A stretch of 64,000 bases of DNA from NCBI RefSeq assembly GCF_022539665.2, contig NC_081332.1:1612001-1676000 (forward strand). Direction: 5' to 3'. Below are positions 51,677 to 63,123 of this stretch, in pieces. The position numbers and the translations under genes were made by a program. The notes under the pieces were generated by a model. The model ran no database searches, was not told the origin of the DNA, and saw only the letters and a program-made list of their open reading frames with translations. The stretch is from Daphnia carinata (Eukaryota). Position 1 is the stretch's first letter, and each line of letters opens with the position of its first letter.

Positions 51677-52897
51677 CGTGTTGAAGAACTGGGACAGTCT
51701 CTTTGTGCGAGTGTTATCTTCTTAGACGAAATTGTGACGAACCAGTTTGAACGCACGGGCTTTTATACCGATTCCTCGACGGTATGGGCAGAGCTAAAGA
51801 AAAAAAAATAATCGGATAGATGCGGTGTATTTGAAACCTGCGAATCGATACTGACGGCAGCCCTACATCTAGAACTGCGAAGGTTACATACTAGCTATTC
51901 AGCAATTTCAAAATGAATCGATTACAGAGGGCGCACCTTGTTGCTGCAGTCCAATGGGGTTGTTTGTCCTTCATTTCTATTTTACATCTATGACCTGACT
52001 TGTACATTTTCTCTTCTGAGCAATTTGCTTGACAGTGTCGTCGCCAAGATGTACCACGCGCCGTGCCTGGAGTTTAGTGGTACGAGTGCTCTTGAAATTA
52101 AGTGGGCGCCGGAGAACACTAGTGAAAGGGGAATTGCCAAGACGAGAGAGTTTGCTATTAAAATTTATCGCTTGTCGGTTAACAGGGGAATCCCTGAAAA
52201 AAAGAACGAACATTTTAGTGAAGAAAAAGGCAAGTTAAGTGTCGTTTTGTTTAGAGTTAACCTCGTCTCGGTGCGCTGATTCTGCGAAGGAGAACAGATG
52301 TTCGCATGGTAATTGACGTAACACAAGTATTCGCCCATTAAATAGCTACGCATTTTCTCGTTCACGTTATAGAAAGTGAACTAAATAGATTTCGTAATTT
52401 TCTCAGTATTTCCATAATTTTCATTCGTCATTGGGAGATATTGAAGGTGAATTACCGCACTCTTCCCCTGGTGAACATTTTTCCTTTAGTTTCTTACTCT
52501 ACCTTTTTCTTGTTTTGCTTAGTGTCATTAGCTCTTTGGAAGTCGACCCAAATAGTAAGAAGACATAAGTTTGTTACGTCACACTGCCCATTATATTCCG
52601 CTTTATCTATCTCTCTTATCCTTGCGTTTGTCCTCGTTTCGTTTGACCATTGCTGTATGTATCGAGCCAGAACAGAGCCAACTCTAGTTGACAGACTCGA
52701 CATCTCTTTGCTAATCTTTCTTCATCTTCACCTTCTTTAACTTACGGGACAAGTCCATCGGGTCTTCCAGCTGCCATAAGGTGGGGAAAAGATCCTTTCA
52801 CGCTGCTTTTCACGTTCAGTGCGGTATGTTAAATTGCAAAACTGGGCATTGATAGGCCCTATGTTGATCTCGACATACATTGAATTTTGGTAATTAA

Positions 52898-52971
52898 GCC
52901 TCTGTGGCCTAATGGATAAGGCACCGGCCTCCTCCAGCCGAGTATTGTGGGTTCGATTCCCGCTAGAGGTA
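52898..52971 (+). pseudogene. tRNA-Arg(CCT) probable pseudogene
   Basis: 74 nt with an 8-nt anticodon loop (CT CCT CCA) and a stem mismatch. Confidence 0.7.
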
Positions 52972-53167
52972 GAGGCTACCCGTGAATTATCCGTGTATTC
53001 ACGATGAACGTTATCTGTGGTTTTGATTGTAGCTGCTGTAAATAGCAGTCTCATGTCAGTCGTTCATTGAAAGCGGAAAGCTGATCTATTTGCTTCTTAA
53101 GCTCATTGCTTTGCATAATTTCTACATAAGGAATGATGGTTTTCATCTGTAAAACAACATGTACGTG

Positions 53168-53276
53168 TCTCCAGTGGCGCAGTTGGTTAGCGCAAGGTAC
53201 TTATAAGACAGTAACTAACTAATTGCCATGGATGGAAGTAATGCCGAGGTCGCGAGTTCGAGCCTCGCCTGGAGAA
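53168..53276 (+). tRNA. tRNA-Ile(TAT) with about 35-nt intron
   Basis: Exons identical to the 44880 copy; shorter intron. Confidence 0.82.
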
Positions 53277-53468
53277 TTCGTTTTGGATTACTGAATTGAA
53301 ACTGATGTTTACGTTTGCTGATGTTTCTTCCAAATCAAATCGAGTTATACATTTGTTTTTAAAGATTGCGTTTATTGGTGAAAATGGGTAAGCTGGGTAC
53401 ATGGTTCTACTATCAAGGCAATGTCGCGTTCGTCAATACAAAATGTTACATGTTTGGTTGTAGGTATT

Positions 53469-53848
53469 TCAGTAGCCGTATCCGCCGTAGTAACTGGGTC
53501 CATATCCTATGCCATAACGTTGTGTGTTATAACATTTGAAATAACTTTAGTAGAATGACGTATTTTTTACCTCCATATCCGTTGCTGTATCCATGTCCAT
53601 ATCCACCATATCCTCCATATCCACCATATCCACCATATCCGCCATATCCGCCATACCCACCATATCCGCCATATCCTCCATAACCACCATGGCCATAATA
53701 TAATTTGACTTTTGTCGCCATTGCCATAGCGACGAGCATCAAAGCTACGAAAAGCAATGTAATCTGCAACGCCAGAAAGAAAACAGAAATCAATTCGAAA
53801 TCTTGCTTATTTTAATAATATCGTGCTTACTTTGAAATTGGCTGCCAT
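53469..53848 (-). CDS. Small secreted Gly/Tyr-rich peptide, (GGY)n
   Basis: MAANFK|ITLLFVALMLVAMAMATKVKLYYGH(GGY)nGHGYSNGYGG|YGPSYYGGYGY*. Confidence 0.87.
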
Positions 53849-55086
53849 TGTTCTCTGGAATTAAGACGATGTATCTTGCACGAACGTTTGTCTTGTTTGT
53901 TGAAGCTGCGGATGTGTTTGTGACGAACTGTGGTGGGCTGTTCCATCATTTATACCAATCCATGACGGTAGGCGGAGCAAAATCAAACCTAGATACCTAC
54001 AGTTTAAAGCAAAACAAAAATAGGAATTGGATAGGTGTAACGCCTATTATTTTTTTATTGTGCAATTCCCTCTCCCGGATCCCATCACTACTTTCTCTGC
54101 GTGTATCGTCTTTGGCCGGTGCCAGTAGATCCCTGGTACGCACGATCTTGAAACAGATCGACACGTGCGTTATGAAGGACACGACAGAAAAGAGAGACCT
54201 GCGCATTGCGAAAGTGTATTCACAAAATGCATTTGAACAAAAAAGCTAAAACTGTAACGAGAGAAATCCCTAAGAAATTCTATTTCTAGTTCAACAAGTG
54301 AGATAGCGAGTCATCGTTTTCTTATTCAGCATCGATAATAGCAATGAACGACGTATATCCCCGTCTTTCTAAGGATTCTATATAGAACAAATCAATTTAA
54401 CTGAATTTAGATTATGTAAAATATAATGAGTATTCAGGGTAAGAAAAAAGGTTTTTAACAAGTGAAGCGTTGCTCTCTTTCTTACCCTGCCCACCTGGTT
54501 TCGAGAGTGTCATTAGTCGTTTCAGTTTTATCTGCTTCCAGTAGAATGTGAGAAACAGCTGAACAGGTGATAGCTCTCCCTTCCCACAGTTGCAGCATTC
54601 GATTCATTTTGTTTTTTTCGAAGTTTTTCTATCGTGTCCTGTTCGAACAGTTCAGTCCGTCGCTAGACAGCGACAGAGAAACAACTTGGATGTATAGATG
54701 TAAAGCGTAGAGAGATTTGAGGATGTGGCTGAGCCTTTGGTCTGCCGAGTTGAAGATCAAGTAATTAAGAAGATAATCAGAGAATTCAACAGGTAAGCAA
54801 AATGAATGGTTTAAATTTCGATTAGTTACCTGGACCATGAAAGGGATTTCGGTTAGGGTTTGCAAGATCTTTCTGGGATACAGTTCGCGTCCTTTTGTTT
54901 ATGGTCAACCGTAGTTTCGGCCCGTGATGTCACTGTGGTATTTTGTTGACCACTGTTAAAAGAAGATGAGTACGTCCTACTCCATGTTTCTCCATGGTGT
55001 TGTACAAAGGAATTAAATGAAAATGAATAAATAGTAATTACGCAAGGAAAAGCGAAAAATTTTTCAAGCCAAATGGTATTGCAAGT

Positions 55087-55159
55087 GCCTTTGTGGCCAC
55101 ATGGATAAGGCACTGGCCTCCTAAGCCGGGGATTGCGGGTTCGAATCCCGCCAGAGGTA
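55087..55159 (+). tRNA. tRNA-Arg(CCT)
   Basis: 73 nt, acceptor GCCTTTG/CAGAGGT pairs, T arm intact, two D-arm substitutions. Confidence 0.7.
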
Positions 55160-55369
55160 TTCACGAAGGAAATAGATGTAAAGGATTGATGATGTATAGT
55201 CTTAGACTGTATTAGCCTCTTCGCACATATTCGTTGTTACAGCTGTGTAATGAATAAGAACACCGTAGATTTGTTTTTATATATTTTATTGTTGATATAT
55301 ATTCTTGATTTGATATTTAATTTGACATCTCTTTGATGTATATAGATATATTTGCAGGATTTGTGGCAC

Positions 55370-56676
55370 TTAGTAGTCGCGAGCAACGTTACCGGAAGTC
55401 GTGTAGACGGATCCAGTGCCAGGAGCAGTGACGGTCTGGGAAACACGGCCAAAAGCGGAGTCATCAGCTGTAAAAACTGGTGCAGAGTACGTACGAGAAG
55501 CTGCAGCAGGAGCAGTGACCGAAGACGAGGTGAATACATTAGATGAGGACGAAGGAGAAGTGAAGACCGGTGCGGAATAAGTGCGGGAAGGAGCGCCTGG
55601 AGCTGTGACAGACGAAGAGGTGAGAACAGGGCTGGAATAAGTACGAGAGTTGGCTCCCGAAGTGCGGCCAGCAGAAGAAGTCAAGACCGGGGCGGAATAC
55701 GTGCGGGAGTTAGCACCTGGAGCTGTGACAGATCCAGAGTTGAGAACAACAGCAGGACCGGTAAAAACTGGCGCGGTGTAAGTGCGAGATGATGTAGCAG
55801 GAGCTGTGATTGGGACGGAAGTGATTACAGGTGCTGTGACACCCAAGGATGTTAAAACTGGGCCGGAATAACTGCGGGAGTTGTCACTAGAAACGCTGGC
55901 AACAGGAGAGGTGAAAACGGGTGCGGAGTAAGTGCGAGAAGCTACAGCTGGAGCGACGACCGTACGAGAGATGGCTTGAGGAGCGGTGAAAGCAGGTGAA
56001 GTGAAGACTGGTGCGGAATAAGTGCGCGAGTTAGCACCCGGAGCGGTAACAGATGAAGTGGTTAAAACGCGAGTAGGAGCAACAGGACCGGTAACAACTG
56101 GTGCGGAGTAAGTACGAGATGATACAGCTGGAGCAGTGACAACTTGAGAGGTGAATACAGGTGCGGAGTAAGCCTGTCCGGAGTAGGCGGATGGAGCGGG
56201 GTACTTGGCTTCACCTTCGTACTTGACATCAGCAATATATCCGTAGCCATCATCTCTGTACGTTACGATTTGAACGCGCCCATCGGGAAGGAGGACACGG
56301 TAACTGCCGGTGGTTACTTTGCTGTCACTGCTCTCATAGTGGCCGTAGTCGTTGCCGTAACCATCGTAGACAGCCCAGTTGAATGAGTAAGGCTGGGCGG
56401 GCTATGGAAGAGGCAATTGTTCATTTAGATACTGCTTTGAATTCATAAAAGAAAAGCCAATAATACTTACGTATTCCTTGACCTCGTACGTTGAAGGTGA
56501 ATAAGAACGGAAATTGGAAGCGGAATTTGAAGAAGTTTGGCCAAGGTATTCGGAATTGGCTGCGGCGACAGCGATCAAGGCGGCGAGTACGACGAACTTG
56601 ACATTGGGAGAAGTATTTTATTAGAATTAAATAATAATTTTAAACCGTTTGAATGCACTTATCGTTTTACCTGCAT
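55370..56676 (-). CDS. Cuticular protein RR-2, long SRTYSAPV type
   Basis: ATG at 56676; exon 3 56401-55370 (1032 nt) is in frame; ends NVARDY*. Confidence 0.9.
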
Positions 56677-57200
56677 GTTGAGAAGTTGATTGAGCGATTG
56701 AGACAGTTGGTTAACTGATGCTCTTACTGCTATTCGCTCGCCCTTATATACCGCAGAGCAACGCCCTGCGCTTTTCTTTTTTCAGGTTCCTTTTACCAAC
56801 TTCTAATAAGGTACGTATCCGATTGTTCCAATATTCATTGAAGAAAGGAAAAGTGTTTGTGTTTGACCCGCTGATTGATCTTGCAACGGTCGAAATGAAA
56901 AGTGCACCAACATCGGGGCTTTCCCCAAAGCGTTCTACATAACGGTCTTTCCAACAAACGTAGCCCAAATTTGAAAATGAAAGGCAATTTCTGACCAGTT
57001 CAATTATCCAAAGAGTATGGTATTGACTTTTCCCTTTCCATGTTGATTTCGCTTCACTTTGCAGTTGTCGTAAGCAAATAGCATATCCGATTGTCTATAT
57101 TGCATATAGCTACCAAGTAATCACCCAGCATAGGTTCTTTATTGTTTGTTAATGAATGTTACTTGTAACGTAGCCCATGAATAATGAAAGATTTTTGATG

Positions 57201-57319
57201 TCTCTAGTGGCGCAGTTGGTTAGCGCATGGTACTTATAAGACAGTAACTGAATGTGTTGATTAAAATCTATTAATTGCAAGTAATGCCGAGGTCGCGAGC
57301 TCGACCCCCGCCTGGAGAA
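57201..57319 (+). pseudogene. tRNA-Ile(TAT) with intron, probable pseudogene
   Basis: T loop/B box altered (CTCGACC) and T stem mismatched. Confidence 0.7.
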
Positions 57320-57785
57320 TACTTATTGCTGGTCAGACTATACTTTGACACTGTTTGGAATCCAAATCCATTGTTCCTTATTTAGGACGATCAAGAAAGC
57401 GCATCGTGTGATTCCAAGTAAGCCAATGCAATCTAAAATACTTTGCTACGGAAGATTATTGCTTTAATTTCTATTCATTTTGAATTCGAGGAGAAAACAA
57501 CGTCCAATCCAATCCTCGACGGCTGAACTTGTAAACTGCGACGTGGCATGCAACCGTCGTGGACAATACCAAACGTATAAGATTACCCTGAATACACTTG
57601 GCATGGTGTTCATCTTGACCTTGGTTGATAAAGGTATGGAAACGCAGGATGACTCATTTTCTATTGTGTTTGTCTTATCACGCAGGAAGCGATTTCCACG
57701 AACATGGCATTACTTCATGCACATTTAATGAGATGCCAGGTGCACGTTTCGTTCAGCCCATAATAGGACATTTCCGTCTAAAACA

Positions 57786-57858
57786 GCCTTTGTGGCCTAA
57801 TGGATAAGGCACCGGCCTCCTAAGCCGGGGATTGCGGGTTCGAGTCCCGCCATAGGTA
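57786..57858 (+). tRNA. tRNA-Arg(CCT)
   Basis: GCCTTTGTGGCCTAATGGATAAGGCACCGGCCTCCTAAGCCGGGGATTGCGGGTTCGAGTCCCGCCATAGGTA; one acceptor mismatch. Confidence 0.82.
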
Positions 57859-58085
57859 TAGTTCTATTCAGGTAACGGCTTAGCATTGATCTTGCTTGAT
57901 TGACTCTTACTTTGCTCCAGTCACTTGACTCAATTTCTTTGTTGCAAGCTTGCAGCTGTATAATGAATTAGTACTTAGGAAGTTTTGCTTTCATATATTT
58001 TATTGTTGATATATATTCTCTATTTGGTATTTAATTTGACATCTCTTTGACGTATATATAGATATATTTGCAGGATTTATGGCGC

Positions 58086-59397
58086 TTAGTAGTCGCGAGC
58101 AACGTTACTGGAAGCCACGCGGACGGATCCGGTTGCCGGAGCAGTGCTGGGCTGGGCAATACGGCGAGAAGCGGTGACGTCAGATGTAAAAAGTGGTTCA
58201 GAGTAAGTGCGAGAAGCTGCAGCAGGACCGCCGACCGAAGACGAGGTGAATACAGTAGATGAGGACGCAGGAGAAGTGAAGACCGGTGCGGAATAAGTGC
58301 GGGAGGAAGCGCCAGGAGCCGTGACTGATGAAGAAGTGAGAACAGGGCCAGAATAAGTACGAGAGTTGGCTTCGGAAGTGCGGCCAGAAGAAGAAGTCAA
58401 GACCGGGGCGGAATAAGTGCGCGAGTTAGCACCTGGAGCCGTGACAGATGTAGGGTTGAGAACAACAACAGCAGGAGCGGTAATAACTGGTGCGGAATAA
58501 GTACGAGAGGAAACGGCAGGAGCTGTGCGTGGATCGGAAGTGAATACAGGTGCTGCGACACCCGAAGACGTGAAAATTTGGCCGGAATAAGTGCGGGAGT
58601 TGTCACCAGAAACGGGGGCACCAGAAGAGGTGAAAACGGGTGCGGAGTAAGTGCGAGAAGCTGCAACTGGAGCGGTGACCGTACGAGTGTTGGCTTCCGA
58701 AGTGCGGCCAGCAGAAGAAGTCAAGACCGGTGCGGAATAAGTGCGCGAGATAGCACCTGGAGCCGTGACAGATGAAGAGGTGAAAACACGAGCTGGAGCA
58801 GCGGGAGCAGTAAAAACTGGTGTGGAGTAAGTACGAGATGATAGAGCAGGAGCAGTGACAGCTTGAGAGGTGAATACAGGTGCGGAGTAAGTCTGGCCGG
58901 AGTAGGCGGATGGAGCGGGGTACTTGGCTTCGCCTTCGTACTTGACATCAGCAGTGTATCCGTAACTGTCAGCTTTGTAGGTGACGATTTGAACGCGACC
59001 ATCGGGCAAGAGGACGTGGTAAGAGCCGGTGGTTACTTTGCTGTCACTGCTCTCTGTGTGTCCGTAGTCGTTGCCGTAACCATCGTAGACGGCCCAGTTG
59101 AATGAGTAAGGCTGGGCAGGCTATTGTATGGACAATTGTTTATTTAGAAACTGCCTTGAATTCATAAGAGAAAAGCGAATTGGACTTACGTATTCTTTGA
59201 CCACGTATGTTGAAGGTGAATAAGAACGAAAATTGGAAGCGGAATCTGAAGAGATTTGGCCAAGGTATTCGGAATTGGCTGCGGCGACTGCGACCAACGC
59301 TGCGAGTACGACGAACTTCAAAATTGGGAAACGCATTTCATTAGAATTAAACAATAATTTTCAACCGTTTGAATTGCATAGGTGATTTTACCTGCAT
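58086..59397 (-). CDS. Cuticular protein RR-2, long SRTYSAPV type
   Basis: ATG at 59397; ORF 58086..59009 carries the RR-2 C-terminal half and repeat tail ending NVARDY*. Confidence 0.92.
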
Positions 59398-59834
59398 GTT
59401 GAGAAGTTGTTAGAGCGATTGAGACAATTGGCAAACTGATGTCCTTTCTGCTATTTTGCTGACGTTTATATACCGCAGAACAACACCCTGCACTTTTCTT
59501 TTATCAGGTGCCTTTTACCAACTTCTAATAAGGACCATATCCGTTTGTTCCTAAATTTACTGAAGAAAGGAAAAGTGCTTTCGTTTGACCTGCAGTTTGA
59601 TTTTCGCAACGGTCAAATGAAAAGGGTTGCAACATCGGGGCTTTCCCCACAACGTTTTAAATAACGGACTTTCAAACAAATGTAGTCCAAAATTTGAAAT
59701 GTAACGCAAATTCAGAATTGCTTAATTATCCAAAGAGTATGATATTAACTTTTGTCTTCCAATGCTGATTTCGTTTTTTGTTGCAGTTATCGCAGGAAAA
59801 ATGAACGTATCTCATGCCAATTGAATCGAGCGGT

Positions 59835-59907
59835 GTCTTGGTGGCCTAAAGGATAAGGCAACTGCACCCTATGTCGGGGATTGCGGGTTCAAGTCCCGCA
59901 AGAGGTA
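59835..59907 (+). pseudogene. tRNA-Arg pseudogene
   Basis: 73-nt homolog with a broken anticodon arm. Confidence 0.7.
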
Positions 59908-60209
59908 TGCATGAATGTTCTACACAGAATAATTGATATTGTCTGAAATGAAGAGAAGAGAAGTCGATACCGCGTTAATATAACGGAAAAACCGCAGTAG
60001 ATGTCCATTCCCTGAAAACACTTGGCATGGTGTTCATTTTGACTTTGACCGCTCAATGTAAGAAAACGTCATAATGACCCACTTTCATACGTGTTTCATG
60101 TACCGCACAGAAAGCCGTTGTGCTAAACTGTCTTCTTTCGTAGAAGCTTTAATGAGATGCCAAGTGCACGTATTGCTCATCCATAATAGGCCATTTAAAT
60201 TATTGAATA

Positions 60210-60282
60210 GCTACTGTGGCTTAAAGGATAAGGTACCGGACTCCTAAGCCGGGGATTGCGGGTTCGAGTCCTGCCAGAAGTA
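60210..60282 (+). pseudogene. tRNA-Arg(CCT) pseudogene
   Basis: 73-nt homolog with acceptor and anticodon stem mismatches. A further decayed copy lies at about 60466-60526. Confidence 0.7.
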
Positions 60283-60753
60283 CGACATGAAATAAGGTGA
60301 ATATAATGTCCATAATGATTGACGTTGTTGCACATTAAACGTTTCAATTGCTTGTAAAATTCAAGAACATATTACCTTACTTTGGTTTGTATGGTGTTTA
60401 GATCAAATAATATATTGGTATCTCAACCCAAAGATTACCAGGTGGAGTACCAAACCTTCAAATTGCCTCAAGGATAAGGCACCGATATTCTAAGCTGGGG
60501 ATTGCTGTTGCTAATATCGCCAGAGATCACGAGATAACCGGAGGTATATAGTTTTTTAGCATTGATGTTGAAAAATAGAGTTTTATACTGTCTTAATCAC
60601 ATGGTACATTTTCTTTGTTGCAGCTTTATAATGAATTAGAACGCAGGAGCTTTGCTTTTCATATATTTTATTATTGATATATATTCTTTATTTGATATTT
60701 AATTTGACATCTCTTTGATGTATATAGATCTACATTTTCAAAATGTATGGCGC

Positions 60754-61745
60754 TTAGTAGTCGCGAGCAACGTTACCGGAAGTTACGCGGACGGATCCAG
60801 TGCCCGGACCAGTGCCGATCTGGGAAACACGGCCAAAAGCGGAGTCATCAGATGTAAATACTGGTGCGGAGTAAGTGCGGGAAACTGCGGCAGGTCCGCC
60901 GACCGAAGACGAGGTGAATACGGTAGATGAGGACGCAGGAGAAGTGAAGACCGGTGAGGAATAAGTGCGGGAGGAAGCGCTTGGAGCCGTGACAGAGGAA
61001 GAGGTGAGAACTGGGCCGGAATAAGTACGCGAGTTGGCTCCCGAAGTGCGGCCAGCAGATGAAACGAAGACCGGTGCGGAATAAGTGCGCGAATTAGCAC
61101 CCGGGGCGGTAACAGATGAAGTGGTTAAAACGCGAGCAGGAGCAACAGGACCGGTAAAAACTGGTGCGGAGTAAGTACGAGATGATACAGCTGGAGCAGT
61201 GACACCTTGAGAGGTAAATACAGGTGCGGAGTAAGCCTGGCCGGTGTAGGCGGATGGAGCGGGGTATTTGGCCTCGCCTTCGTATTTCACATCAGCGGTG
61301 TATCCGTAGCTGTCAGCCTTGTAGGTGACGATTTGAACACGACCATCGGGAAGGAGGACGCGATAACTGCCGGTGGTTACTTGGCTATCGCTGCTCTCAT
61401 AGTGGCCGTAGTCGTTGCCGTAACCATCGTAGACAGCCCAGTTGAATGAATACGGCTGAGCAGGCTATTGTATGAACAATTGTTTATTTAGAAATTGCGT
61501 GGACTTTATAAAAGAAAAACGAATTGGACTTACGTATTGTTTGACGTCGTACGTTGAAGGTGAATAAGAACGAAAATTGGAAGCGGAATTTGAATTTGAA
61601 GAAATTTGGCCAAGGTAATCGGAATTGGCTGCGGCGACAGCGATCAAGGCGGTGAGTACGACGAACTTGATAATTGGAAAATGTATTTGATTAGAATTAA
61701 ACAAAATTTTAAACCGCTTGAATGCACAGATAATTTTACCTGCAT
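60754..61745 (-). CDS. Cuticular protein RR-2, long type (closest to 11122-12107)
   Basis: ATG at 61745, three exons, ORF 60754..61290 ends NVARDY*. Confidence 0.92.
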
Positions 61746-62181
61746 GTTGAGGAGTTGATAGAGCGATTGAGACAGTTGGCTAACTGATGTCCTTTCTGCT
61801 ATTTTGCTGGCCTTTATATACCGCAGAGCAACGCCCTGTGCTTTTCTTTTTTCAGGTACCTTTTACCAAGTTCTAATAAGGCACATATCCGACTGTTCCA
61901 AAATTGATTGAAGAAAGGAAAAGTGGTTGCGTGTGACCTGCTGTTTGATCTTTGCACCGGTCAAATGAAAAGGGCTCCAACATCGGGGCTTTCCCTACAG
62001 TGTTCTACATTACGGACTTTCAAACAACTGTAGTCCACATTTTGAAATGTAACGCAATTTGTGTATTGCTTAATTATCCAAAGCGCATGGTATTGACTTT
62101 TCCCTTTCGATGCTGATTTCGCTTTTCTTTTCAGTTATCGTATGAAAAAGAACGAAATTTAGGCTTGTTTGTCCATCAAAT

Positions 62182-62254
62182 GTATTCGTGGCCTAAACTG
62201 TAAGGCACCGGGTTCCTAAATGGAGGATTGCGTGTCCGAGTCCCGCCAGAGGTA
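62182..62254 (+). pseudogene. tRNA-Arg pseudogene
   Basis: 73-nt heavily mutated homolog in the same position upstream of a cuticle gene as other copies. Confidence 0.65.
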
Positions 62255-62457
62255 TGTTCAATTTAAATTACCTGTGATTTCGTGATGAACGTTAGCCGTG
62301 AAAACATGTGATTTTGATTTGTAACCACTGTAAATATGATCCCCCTCATCATTTGTTGATTGAAAGTGATGTGATTGTCCGTCTATTAGCTTCTGAAGGT
62401 CTTTGCTCTGTTTATTTTCTATATAAGGCATTTGCATATGAAAGACACTAACTTTGT

Positions 62458-62570
62458 TCTCCAGTGGCGCAGTTGGTTAGCGCATGGTACTTATAAGACA
62501 GTATTCATAGCTTGTGGCTCAAACGGTCGTAGTAATGCCGAGGTCGCGAGTTCGAGCCTCGCCTGGAGAA
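62458..62570 (+). tRNA. tRNA-Ile(TAT) with about 39-nt intron
   Basis: All stems intact; TTTTT Pol III terminator directly after. Confidence 0.88.
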
Positions 62571-62807
62571 TTTTTGAATTTTACCTGTGTTCATAATAAT
62601 TTAACTCGTTAGCGATTGCTATGTACAATATTTGATTGATAACGTATGCGAGTAAGAAAGAAAATGAAATGGATCAAGCTATAATAAGGATAAAATTGTA
62701 TGTGCATATCATGTGTTTAGAAGAGAACGGAAAGGGAATTGATTGTACAGGTTTCTTAAATGTCTTTCTCGCAACTTGATGTCGCATGGAAATGACGTAA
62801 TTATATA

Positions 62808-62927
62808 TCTCCAGTGGCGCAGTTGGTTAGCGCAAGGTAATTATAAGACAGTAATGAGTTGTGCTAATAGATTCTGCTTTCAGAAGAAGTAATGCCGAGG
62901 TCGCGAGTTCGAGCCTCGCCTGTAGAA
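62808..62927 (+). pseudogene. tRNA-Ile(TAT) probable pseudogene
   Basis: C32 changed to A and an acceptor mismatch (CTGTAGA); intron close to that of the 44880 copy. Confidence 0.7.
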
Positions 62928-63123
62928 TTGATTTTGAATTACGGAATTGAAATTGATGTTCGCGTTTGCTGATCTTTCTTCGGAAGCAAATCGAGTTATA
63001 AACTGTTTTTTTTTTTAGAAATTGTGTTTATTTTTGAAAATTAAAGTGAGATGCATGAGTTTACAATCAAGTCAATGTCGCGTTCATCAAAACATAATGT
63101 TACATCGTTCGATCGTAGACATT

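Larger units (their letters stand above)
40752..57060 (+). repeat. Tandem duplication of about 8.3 kb (CLCA 3' half, peptide, tRNA-Arg, tRNA-Ile, peptide, cuticle gene)
   Basis: The gene order from 40752 is repeated from 49033; a partial third copy lies at about 62800-64000. Confidence 0.8.

Noticed and set aside
51938..52279. 113-aa plus-strand ORF
   Set aside because: The three homologous copies have TAG at the same codon; it is the antisense of the block discussed in findings.
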